Shown here: piece after piece, positions 13,596-24,939 of the stretch
Position numbering within the stretch: position 1 is the stretch's first letter
How the letters are laid out: the number at the start of each line of letters is the position of its first letter
NCBI GenBank assembly: GCA_964252035.1
Contig: OZ176209.1
Reading direction: 5' to 3' (one strand)
Source: Podarcis erhardii
Lineage: Eukaryota
DNA length: 64,000 bases
Made by a program: the position numbers and the translations under genes
Notes under the pieces: model-generated
The model's input: only the letters and a program-made list of their open reading frames with translations
Databases searched by the model: none
Told to the model about the DNA's origin: nothing

Positions 13596-14126
13596 CAGTT
13601 GAAGCACTTTGACTCGAATTGAGCCACTTTAGCTAAAGCTGTTTAGTAAAGGTGCTTTAATGTAGATCATGACAGCTGAAGTTATTTAGGTAAAACTGCT
13701 CCCCTCTCTTAGGTTCCTCACATTCCCTTCAAAAAAATATAGTTGAGGAATCAGCCAGGAATCAATTACCTCAACACCATTTACCTCGCAAGCAGCTTAT
13801 CAGAAACATGGTTGCAGCTATATCGGTGAGATGTCATTTGGCTAACCCAGTTTTGGATCAATTAGGTTCTAATCATCAACAATCAGATGTAGCTCAGTGG
13901 CTCAGAAAAACTCCCAATTTTAGTTTCAGGGCTCTGTTTCAAATCCAATTCACAGGCTGCAAAAGGTGAGAAATGATTCTCATTGTAAGCCTCAAAGGCT
14001 TCTGTTAAGATTTCATTTTTTGCAAATTCAGACATTTCTAGTTAGGATGAATCTCACAGTCTTTTTTAAAAAAGTAAATATACTCTTCAGTCAAGAGGTT
14101 TACATGGACATAATCTCAGCCAGTAC

Positions 14127-14127
<1 letters not shown>

Positions 14128-14166
<39 letters not shown>
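14128..14166. repeat. (TTTC)n microsatellite
   Basis: Direct observation. Confidence 0.9.
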
Positions 14167-14640
14167 TTTTATATTCTCTCTCTCTCTCGAGCATTAAGTG
14201 TGAATCAGGCCAGTTAATGGCAAGTCATAACTAGGCTCCTTTCTGCTTAGTGCACTTTTAGATTATTAGCTCACCTTTTCCATCTTCATATAAGCTGAAA
14301 ATGTACACTTGTGAATGGGTGTACTAGCATATGATTCTCTTCAATTAAGAGCAAATACCTCCTATACCTCAATTTACCTCCAAATGGCGCTTTTAAAGAA
14401 AAACATATCCCTGTAAGTGTAACAATTTGAATGAACATGACCAAAGCTATTATTTTATCACCATTAATTTTGAAATAATAAAATATCAATTTCCTTAGCC
14501 TTTGTATATGTTTTTCTATGTTTTTATCATTGATGTTCTGCAGTGTGTTTTTAATGTTGTACACCACCCTGGGATCTTCTGATAAAGGGCAGTATGTAAA
14601 TTGAGTAAACAACAACAATGCCGACTGAGAAGTAAGACTC

Positions 14641-15038
14641 ACTGATCTGAAGGAGTACATCCAAGTACCTTGATAAATGTGTGCCTGAGATCATCTTCTG
14701 AGGCCCTTTTTGGTGTGCCTCCTCCACAAGAGGTCCGCATGGCGACATGAAAATGGGTCTTTTCTGTAGTGGCTCCCTGTTTGGGGGATCCTCTCCCCAA
14801 GGAGGTTCGCCTGGCACCTTCATAATACACCTTTAGGTGCCAGGAGAAAACATTCCTCTTTAACCAGGCCTTTGGCTGATTGATATCCAATGCCCTTTTA
14901 AAATGTGTTGGGGAAGGGGGTATTATTGGGTTGTCTTCATTTTTGTTTTTATTATGTATTTTCTGGGTTTTTTAATTGTGAACTGCCCTGAGATCTACGG
15001 GCATAGAGTGATATACAAATTTAATAAATAATAATAAA
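14641..15038 (+). mobile_element. L2 LINE 3' fragment
   Basis: Degenerate LRSSSEALL..RAFSVVAP.LWN.LP C-terminal segment, T-rich 3' UTR, GCCCTGAG..TATACAAAT and (TAA)n tail. Confidence 0.7.
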
Positions 15039-15877
15039 GTAAAAATACAGTACGTGCATGTCCCCAATCCCCTTCTTCTGGAAACAGTGCTGACTTAAAT
15101 AAGCTAACACCTTAAATTCCATGTTCAACAATAAAACACAATAGAGAGAGAAATCTCTGTATTTCTTTTGCCTGGAGAAGAGATATAATTCACCATTAAT
15201 GCAGTGAAATATGAGGTGAAAAAGTGTGCTACTATAAAAATGTGCATTGAATGTGCATTAATGCGCTGCTTTTGAGAAACGAGGCAAGAAATATTGACAT
15301 ACTTGAGATGAAGAGAAAGGGCACTTAAATTTGTCGACAGTGTGATAAATAAACTAGGAAAGGAGAATGAAGGAGAGAGAGAGAGACATGAATGAAATGA
15401 ACCAATGGACAACATAAACAAAAATAGGACCACACCCAAATCCACTCACTGAAATTTGAAAATGGGATATGGGAAAACTGCTATTCAGAGAGGGGCCAGC
15501 TTGGTTCAGAATTATTGTTATTGAGGTCTATGGGGTTCAGGCTGGGCTTCAGTTGACAAAGAGGAGGAACCTGACCAATGGGGTTACCAGAGATAGAGGG
15601 CAAGTTGAGGTGTGTGCTTGCTGGAAATGGGGGTGCTCCCACTCCCATTGCTCCTCCTCTTAGATCAGGTTTGAAGTTGGGGCGAAGCTGAATACTTCAT
15701 GCTGGCTCACTATCCTTTTGATATGGATGGGGTAGGAAGGAGTCACTTCAAAGCATGTTCCACGGCTGCCTTTAAATTTGGTAGCATACTGACAGTAGCT
15801 GGACAACAGCCAGGTCCTCCCCTCTTTGCTCCCAAATCTTAGAAGTGAAAGAAAACCAGCGGGCCTGGATGCCCACC

Positions 15878-16372
15878 TTGTTGTTGTTGTTTAGTCAATT
15901 AGTCGTGTCCAACTCTTCATGACCCCATGGACCAGAGGATGCCAGGCACTCCTGTCTTCCACTACCTCTCTGAGTTTCATCAAATTCATGTTGGTCGCTT
16001 CTATAACACTGTCCAACCATCTCATCCTCTATTGTCCCTTTTCCTTGTGCCTTCAATCTTACCCAACATCAGAGCTTTTTTTCATAGAGTCATCTCTTCT
16101 CATGAAGTGGCCAAAGTATTTGAGCCTCAGTTTCAGAATCTGTCCTTCCAATGAGCACTCAGGGCTGTTTTCCTTCAGAATGGATAGGTTTCATCTTCTT
16201 GCAGTCCATGGGACTCTCAAGAGTCTCCTCCAGCACCATAATTCAAAAGCATCAATTCTCCAGCGATCAGCCTTCTTTGTGGTCCAGCTCTCACTTCCAT
16301 ACATCTCTACTGAGAAAACCATAGCTTTAACTCTACGGATTTTTGTCGACAAGGTAATGTCTCTGCTTTTTT
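15878..16372 (-). mobile_element. RTE-BovB LINE, 5'-truncated 3' end
   Basis: Minus strand gives KSRDITLSTK..VKAMVF..MYGSESWT.KKAD..RIDAFELWCWRRLLRVPWTARR, the BovB C-terminus, followed by a (CAA)n tail. Confidence 0.9.
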
Positions 16373-17822
16373 TTTTTTTTTTTTAGCTGCCTACATTTCT
16401 AATGATGCTGCAAATGAAGAATCAGAATTGGCCTCCTCTTACCCTGTTTGTCCCCAGAGGGATTGCAGTAGGGAGAGGGGTGGTGAATCCCCAGCATGCA
16501 TGTGAAATGGAACACACAGCTCTATGCCCTGTGTGTGATTTCCAAGTCACAACCAAATTCTGCAGCTTCCATTTTCCTCAATTTCTACAATGCCACCTAT
16601 CCTTGATTGTTTCCAGGCCCAGCTCACACCTAAAAATGTTTTATGGCCTTGGGACCATGAGCAACTGGATTTGTTGCTGGTAGCACTTGCTGAACGACTA
16701 TCATCTACAAGAATCTCTATATTGATTCCCTCCCGCCGCCCATCTGGGAAAGAGAGAAAACATTAGACATAAGGCCAATACCCTGCAGTTAAATTGCACT
16801 TGACATTACTGGCAGCCTGACTGGGCTTTTAGTTAATAGTGGCATCCAGAGTACATTGTGTACTAAGAAGATACATATATGACATCTTTTATTTGTGGTA
16901 TTCTGTATTCTCCTTTGCTTTCCAGCTACACGGTGCTGGAGCAAACAACACTTATCAAAGCATTTTATTCCATAGCTACTTTGAAAAGAATGTTGTGCAA
17001 AGTGGGAGGGAGGTTCAGGGGCTCGGGGTTACATTTCTAACAAAGAGAGGCAAGCAAAAAAGATGCACAAAAGCTGTACTATCAGGTTCCTGCCCTTGGC
17101 CGTGTAATGCCGTGACCATCAATACAGCTTTTTGGGATGCTGCAGACCAAAGGGCTACATTTCACAAGCAACACAATCTGGGCAGCACATGCAGAATGAC
17201 TTCCGACTGGAGAGGAGATTGGAGATTCTCCCCCAAACCCACATGGGGCTTGCCTCTTGAGTTGCTTCCTCATTCTTGTAAGACACATGTGTCATTCTCA
17301 AGGTTTACCTCAACCTCCAGGAAAAGATTTGCAGGGAGCTGCAGAGGGAAGCGGGAGGCAGGAAAACCCTGTTCTATGAATGAGAACTGTGCTCCATTCA
17401 CAGAAGGAAAGTTAGGATCCAAGTCATACAACACTGGCATGTCTGGAAGAAGTAACCCTTCTTGTGGATCACAGGGCCAGGAAGAAGTTGTTTTGGGAAA
17501 CAGCAAACAGTTGGTGCCTGTCATAGTTGAACATGGTTGCTATTCCACAAATCAGGAGCAGCTACACTGAAAACCCTTCTACAATTGCTCTATTTTAGGA
17601 GACTTCAAAGAGAGACTCTCTTACAAAACACATCAAGCTATTGGGTATGTAAGGAATCTGGTTGTAAGCGGCATAGGGTCTTATACGTTACTACCAAAAC
17701 CTTGAACTTTGCCCAGTAGTAGATTGGCAGCCTGTATAGATCCCAGATCCCAAATGATGCACATAGAGACCTATAAGCTCAGCTAACTAGCCAGGCTAGA
17801 GGCCTTGTGTCTATTGTTTCTT

Positions 17823-18221
17823 TGTAGTGCCTTATCTTGTGCTAGGAGCAGCTTTAGTTCCAAGGTTGTAAACAACATTCCTAAGTGTCTACATTTGACA
17901 ATGAGACATGCTGTGCTCAAATGTGCTAAACCCCTCAGGTAGAAAGGAATGCAAAGAGACCACATGCAGCGGGGGCTGCTTAGAGAGAGAGCCCTTTGTT
18001 TCCTTGCCTAATGAATATGTAATGAAGGAAAGGACATACATGGTATAATTAGTATTGTGTTGTAACTTTAGATTGGAGGAAGTTTATGCATATGTATTGC
18101 TTGGCTTGCTCAGCTTTTGGAGACTGATCCCACTGAGCCTTTATTGATAGCAATAAACACCCTTTGTTTTCTCACCACTGCGTGGAGATTTCCTTCAGCC
18201 TCAAAAGTTAATTTTGCTACA
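17823..18221 (+). mobile_element. Possible solo LTR
   Basis: TGTAG...CTACA inverted ends and AATAAA near 18151, but no TSD was found. Confidence 0.35.
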
Positions 18222-18391
18222 CAAAGACATCCTAGAAGCCACATTTTGTGCTAGCTGCAGCCTCCAAACCCACCTCAATGTTAATCCCAAGAAGAACACA
18301 TTGCAGAAATGCAATCTTGAGGCTACTGGCGCCTGGACTATGGTGATCAAATCATCCTTATCCAGGAATAGTCAGTAAACTTATTTAGCCA

Positions 18392-19467
18392 AAACTCTGT
18401 CATATGCGCTCCTCCGATTCTTTTTTTCGGATGGAGCTTTGCATGTCCCCTCGGCCCTAAAGGTGTTCAAGGCAAAAGTGGTTGCCGCGCTTGCTTATGC
18501 TGCCCCGCTTTGGGCTGTGATGACAGATCTTGCTCCTCTTGAGACACTGCAAAATCAATTCCTGCGTCGGCTCCTAATGCTCCCCCTGTGCGTAAGCAAC
18601 GCAGCCATGCGACTAGAACTGAAGATCGCATCCTTAGAAACTTGCCTGTGGAAGCAAGTCTTCAATTATTGGTTATCATTGTGGCATAGATTACCAAACC
18701 ACTACCTTGTCCAATGCTTATGGCAAGATGAATTCTCTAGCCTTTGGTCTAGTAGAATTCATGCCAAACTCCTGAGTTATGGAATCTCTCCTTCAGATTC
18801 CCTAAAACTAGACCATATTACTGCTCAAAGACTGATCCGCCAAAGACTGGATGACATCGATCTACAGCGAAATTATATGCTGGGGGGAGGTGTTTGTTCG
18901 CCCCAGAACATTGGTATCACTTTAACTTACTGCGTTCCATCATACCTCTCCTCCCTTTCGACTGTTGCCCATAGACTGGCCTTCACCAAAGCGAGGTTTA
19001 ACGTTTTTCCCTCCAACGTCCTGAGACATAGATTCTCAAAGGGCCAAGCCCCCGCCACGTGCGAATGTGATAAGGAGACGCCGGAGTCGCTCCAGCACAT
19101 CATGTTCACTTGCCCCCTGTTCAATGTGCCACGGGCAAATTTGTTGGGATCAATCATACAGAAACTAGAGGGTACCCCACCAAAATTCCACCTTGCCCAA
19201 ATCTTGCAGGATAAGGATACTCATACGACCCTGAATGTGGCAAGGTTCCTGGTCGCTGTCCTTACCCAAAAGCGACGCCAAGGAGCACTACAAGCTAACT
19301 AAGGCGTAGTATGCCATTCTATTTTATAGTATTTTATTGTTATTGTGGTGTTTTAGCGGCTGTTTTTTTTTTTTTTCCCCACGTGCACAAGCTGTTATTT
19401 ATGTGTTGTTTTTACCTGTATGGGCCTATGGCCGTAATAAATATTGTTTGTTTGTTTGTTTGTTTTG
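18392..19467 (+). mobile_element. Young 5'-truncated non-LTR retrotransposon (RTE-X-like; clade uncertain)
   Basis: Open frame from the 5' junction to TAA at 19302, with post-RT region LKVFKAKV..YAAPLW and C-terminal AFTKARFNVFPS..CEC..ESLQHIMFTCPLF. AATAAA plus (TGTT)n tail; 10-bp TSD TATTTAGCCA (18382-18391 and 19468-19477). Confidence 0.75.
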
Positions 19468-21316
19468 TATTTAGCCAGTTTTACAGAACTTAATCTGAGC
19501 CAATCAGAATTAAGCTCACTGATTCTAGCCAGCATGACAATGGTCAGGGTTGATGGGAGTCGTAGTTCAGAAACCTCTGGATAAGGATTTAGAGACATTT
19601 ATCTCCTACTCTTATGGAAGGTGTATCCTTTGGTGGCACCTGGCATAAGACTTCAGTATCTCCCTAAGAGAAATGTATTTCATGATTTAAATGCAGTGCT
19701 CAACACTACCTTCAGATGCTCTAATATTTTTATTTGGTCAAGGAGGAGAGGGTACTGGGTGAGACCTACAGGAGACCACACCATGGAGCAGAAGCAGCTT
19801 ACAGGGATTTGGTGGCAGCACACTAACTCTGTGGTAAAACACAGAAACCATTTCAGTGGGAACTATTAAGACTTTGTGTTAACAGGGTGTATTTAAACTC
19901 ACTCAGAAGACATTGCTACATTTTTTAAAAACTTTTGGGAAGCACCTGAGAGTACAAAACGAAGGCAATTGTTTTTACTGGCTGCTGGGACATCTATTGT
20001 ATGAAGCAAGGCAGCGTGTACAGAACACCTCAAACATCCCAAGGCTCTGTTCAATCATGTGTTAAATCTTCATTGATCCTGTTGTATTTTTTTGTGTTTC
20101 AGAGCAATTTGCACCCAGCAGGAGCTGCCAGCTCTGACATAAAAAGACACTGAAACTGTCCGGCCTCCTTCAAGTGTGGATGATCTCCAAAGAGCCTAAA
20201 TGTATCTGGCAGACGTAATAGGGTTAACGGTTGAAGCAATAAGGATATTTCTCAGGCTGCTGAAAGACACATACACTGCAGCTGCTTCACTTATAAATTT
20301 GTCAGCTGAATTCAATTAAGTTACTTGCAGTTCTTGGAAAAGCTTGGGGGGGGGAGAAACCTACACTTTAGGAAATGAGTATTTTTCACTCTCAATTCTT
20401 CTAAACACAAGAATCACTTTCAAAGAAACAGCATTCTGTTTTCAGCAATCGTGACACAGATGCCTGCAGGCACTTAGAAGCAGGGATTGAACATGATGGC
20501 TTTGTCCTTTTCTTTCTGCACAGCACCTGTTATTCACAGATAGACTGCCCTTGAACATAGTGATTTCCATCACAGCTAATAGTCAGGGCTCATCCTACCA
20601 TTACGCAGAACGATGCAGCAGGTCCTGGGGTCTCAGGGGAGCAGCAGCTTCACCCCCTGGCCATTTCATTTTTCTGGAGGGTATAGTTGTGTGTGCCCCA
20701 TAAGCGAGTCTGATGTCCTCAAGACTGGTGGAAGATCCAGTTGCTTCTACATCTGGAACTGAGTTGGGCTTGAAGGCCCTGTGCCTCATGCAGTGAAATG
20801 GCTTGGGCCAGTTATGCTATCAAGGCTAACACTCTTGGGCTTGAACAAAAGAACCAGTGTCTATTACCGATAACCTCCCTCCTGCAAAAGTAAGATCTAA
20901 AAGCCAATGAAGATATGACAATTCAGGATGACAGATCAGCAGTTAATGCAAACTATGGAATAAATGTATTGACTTATGTATTTTTAAGAATCTCAAAGTG
21001 CCCATCAGTAAAAACTCTCATGGGAGTGTTCAATAAAATAATAACTACCGGTATATATATATTCTTTCTAGTACAATTCTGGGCAAAGCTTCACCTACTG
21101 ACATTCTGTCTGGCATACATCTTACCATGTGTGTGGCCTGTCTTTTTCTGTGAGTCAACAGTTTAGAAACTTCCGCTGGCTCAAAGAGCTGCAGGCGGAC
21201 TCTTGACCGGGGCTGGTTTTAGGGAGCATACGACCAGTGCTTTTTTTTCTATAAAAATGGGTGCTGGTGCTCACTATGAAGTTCTTAGCTTAGGTCCAAG
21301 CTAAATCTGAGCTGAT

Positions 21317-21744
21317 TTTGAGATCTTCAGCGGAGGCCCTTCTGTTAGTCCTGCCACCCTCACAGGCACACTTGGGGGGGATGCAGAAAAGGGCCTTCTT
21401 AGTGGCGGCTCCCAGACTCTGGAACTCCCTCCCTGGAGAAGCTAGACTGACTCCTTCCTTGTTGTCCTTCAACTGGCAGGTGAAGACCTTCTTGTTCCAG
21501 CAGGTTTTTGGGAACTGACTGCTTTTAATGAAAGGGCAGGTGCCATGCTGTTTTTATTCTAATTTGTATGTTTTAAATGGATTTTTTATATATACATATT
21601 TTTATGTATAATTGTTTTTTAAATTATTTTTTCTACCTTTTTTTTTAGTGATTCTTGTTTTTTATCTGTAGGCTGGCTTGAGCCCCATAAGGGGACAAGG
21701 CAAGGTATAAATAAATAAATATATAATAAATAATAATAATAATA
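21317..21744 (+). mobile_element. L2 LINE 3' fragment
   Basis: LRSSAEALL..RAFLVAAPRLWNSLPGEARL..SF..QVKTFLFQQVF followed by a T-rich UTR and (TAA)n tail. Confidence 0.8.
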
Positions 21745-23172
21745 GTTATCTACAGATTAAAAGTTTCCTACCGCAAAACAAAGAGGTCCAAATGGGGATA
21801 AGACGTCCCCTCTATGTTCACAGCCATTATTGTATTGTATTGTTTCTAAATATGCATCTATACATAATAAATTTGCATATATGGATTTTAAGTAAACATG
21901 TGTCCTTTTTTTCTGGGTATGAGGAAAGGCTCAAGTTTCATAAGCGAACTTGGCCCAGAAAATCCTATTAGCACCTCTCTTCACAGTGACATTCACATTT
22001 CCTGACAAGGGGTGCTCCCAAATTTTAGGAGCTCATGTTCAAAAGGAATCCTCACTAAAATATGACAAAGACCGTAACACCAACATAGACCATACCCAGT
22101 TACCAAACCCTGATAGGTTAGCTTTTCCCTGATTCTCTTGACAGAAGATAATCAAGTCAGCGGAGGACATTAAGAAAATCCAGAGCAGAGGAGCACTGAT
22201 AGATTGGTCAAGGGCCATGAGCAAGAGAACATGAAGGCAACCAAAGTGAGATGAATCTGTCTTAATAAACCTGAGTCTGGCTAAGAAAGACAGAGAGAAA
22301 GAAACTGCAGTGACAACGTGCATTTTCACAAAGCTGTTGGCATTGCAGAATGCTAATAGGGACTGTATGCTGCTAGGGCTGCCACTGATGCTATATGGAG
22401 CATATAGAAAGCAGACTACAAGGAGCTGAAGCTTTCAGCTTCACAAGGAGCTGCAGAGCAATTAAATGCTGATGATTTTGTAGTCTGAAATGGCCAGCTG
22501 GAGATTAAGAATTCTGCAAGGAAGTGAGGCCATATAAAGGCTTCTGTGACCATGAGTGCCACCAAATGGCTGCTGTGCTTTTCATGCCAACAAGAGCCTG
22601 GTTGAGAAAAGAGAATTAATATGCATGCCTTTTATTCAAAATAATGTGTTTTTATTATGATGATGATCTACAATTCTGTGATTCATCTTGTTTTAATAAC
22701 CCCCTTTGACCTATATTTGCACCTAAATTGAGCAGTTGAACTCTTTATTTAAAAGGCCAGATAGCTTTAACAGTCTGCTCTGAGCAGTGCATGGCCTGAC
22801 CCATAAAAACCTCACAGGCTTTAAGCTTCCATCTCTTTGCTTGTGAGCTTGGAAGTGTTGCTCCAAAGGTTTCCACACATTTAAGTCTACAAAATTTGTG
22901 TTGTTATCTCAGCTAATTGTTTTGAAAAACTGTTGCTGGTGTATCATGTTAAGATTGTGACAGTGAGCTAGGAAGTCCTCAATTCAGATCTCATCTGAGT
23001 CATGAACTCACTCAAGAGAGTATTCGCTAACCCCCCCCCCCCCAATATACTGTAGCTATAGGCCCACTTTAGAGAAATGCCATAAGGTTTATGAAAGAAG
23101 TACTTGGAACATAGAGGAATTATTGAATCATAGAACTGTAGAGTTGGGAGGGATGTTGAAGATCATCTAGTC

Positions 23173-23599
23173 CATGGGTAGGCAAACACAGTGGCGTAGA
23201 GTGGGTTGTCAGCACCCGGGGCAAGGCAAGTAATTTGCGCCCCCTAACCCATGGATTTGCTCCCCCTAACCCGTGCATTTGCGCCCCCTAACCCTAACCC
23301 CGAGATGTTGCGCCCGGTGCGGCCGGCCCCCCCTGCACCCCCCACGCTACGCCACTGGGCAAACTAAGGCCCGGGGGGTGGATGCAGCCCAATCACCTTC
23401 TAAATCCAGCCCACAGACGGTCCAGGAATCAGCGTGTTTTTACATGAGTAGAGTGTGTCCTTTTATTTAAAATGCATCTCTGGGTTGTTTGTGGAGCACA
23501 GGAATTCATTCATGTTTTTCTTCAAAATATTGTCCGGCCCTCCACAAGGTCTGAGGGACAGTGGACCGGCCCCCTGCTGAAAAGGTTGACTGACCCCCG
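23173..23599. mobile_element. hAT-Charlie-like MITE (same family as 13346-13595) hosting a nested MITE
   Basis: CATGGGTAGGCAAAC start, high similarity to 13346-13595, target ATCTAGTC. Confidence 0.8.
23189..23357. mobile_element. hAT-type MITE with CCCTAA-containing internal repeats
   Basis: TIR CAGTGGCGTAG / CTACGCCACTG, TSD GGCAAACA/GGCAAACT. Sister copy at 63631-63775. Confidence 0.85.
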
Positions 23600-24740
23600 T
23601 CCAGTCCAACCCCCTGCATTGCAGGAATATGCAGCTGATCCCCATATGGGGATCAAACCTTCAACCTTGGCATTATCAGCCCCATGCTCTAACCAACTGA
23701 GCTATAATGTACCATGTATATCATCAGTAAAAAGTGTAAAATATATTTTAAACATTGACATACTGACCTGGTTCACATGATGACATGATAAGCCCACTTG
23801 CAGACACTTTTGCTCCTCCTTGCTCTGTTTGGCTGCCATGCCAAGCTAAGCCAGCTCCCCAGGTGGGCCTCGCTGTAAAACTCTATATTCACTAACCAGG
23901 AGCTCCAGCCAAGGTTTCTTCTTGGTTCAGAGGTTGCAGTTAGTGGGAAGGGGGCTTAGTCCCCAGTCCCAGCTGAGATAACAGGCAGAGTCAAACCTTG
24001 GTTTTGTTTAGCATGACAGTGTGGCAAAGAGGACCAGGGAAAAGCAAAAGGGCTGCAGCTCACCCTTTCCAAGAGAAAATGTGGCTTAGTGTGTCAAGCA
24101 AACCAGAAAACTGTTCCATACCAAAGCCAAGACAAATGGAGCATTTTTCATAGGCACCTGAGGATTCCCACCCCTGGGTCCTGATTGCAACTGGAGCATA
24201 AATGAATAAACCCACCCTATCCTGGAAGAACCCCATGCGCTGAGGTACGACTTCTTGGAGCTGCAATGTGTCTCCTGCTTTTTGTTCATGTGTATAGTTA
24301 GACTGTGAAGGTGTGTCATTCTTAATTCTGTGTTTTATTCTATACAACACCTTGTTTTATTTTAAGAACTTAAGCAATGATAACTATTATTATTAGATTG
24401 CCATGTTTTAAAATATTTTTCCTGCGCTCCTTACTGAAAGGAGGACTTGAACTGAAAATCTATTATATTTGCACAGAATGTATAAAATTGCTAAACAAAA
24501 ACCTGTTGTAGGGCTCATCAGCTGGAAAATCAGGAGAACAAAACAAGCATATACATGTTGATTTTAAAAGTTCATGGAATTATAATTAGCCTGCATATTA
24601 AGCAAAGCAAAAAGAGAACAAAAAGGAGAGAAGCAATCCCCAATCTGATGGTGTATTCACATAATGAGACAGTGTAAGATGCTCTCTATTTTACGTTCTA
24701 CAAGGTTGCAATCATCCTAGGAGTGTTCAACTCCTTTGGT

Positions 24741-24939
24741 TGGGTCGACATATTTCAAAAAGTGAAAAAGACTTTTTTGAGCTATTTTCAAAGGAAATTG
24801 GTAAAAACAACACTGCCAACATGGCTTGCCATATGCTTGAATTTTCCTGGACATTTTGCCGATCTCCGCCCAGACACTGCTTCCGACTGCAGTATTCCAG
24901 GTATGTCTGGGAAATTCTGGACATATTCTGGCAACCCTA
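24741..24939. mobile_element. hAT-Blackjack-like MITE, diverged
   Basis: Ends TGGCAACCCTA with subterminal GGACA repeats; flanks TTTGGT/CTTGGT. Confidence 0.5.

Larger units (their letters stand above)
23125..23704 (-). mobile_element. tRNA-head / CR1-tail SINE (POM/Squam2-like) interrupted by two nested MITEs
   Basis: Minus-strand head TAGCTCAGTTGGTTAGAGC and tail TCCCAACTCTACAGTTCTATGATTC, split by the Charlie MITE at 23173-23599. Confidence 0.75.

Noticed and set aside
16839-17570. 243-aa ORF as a novel gene
   Set aside because: It has a GTG start, no recognisable domain, Cys/Trp/Ser-rich random-like composition and no exon-like boundaries; probably a chance ORF.
23640-23704. tRNA genes at SINE heads (also 8738, 29096, 38496, 41100)
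   Set aside because: The cloverleafs are degenerate and fused to LINE-derived tails, so they are SINEs.
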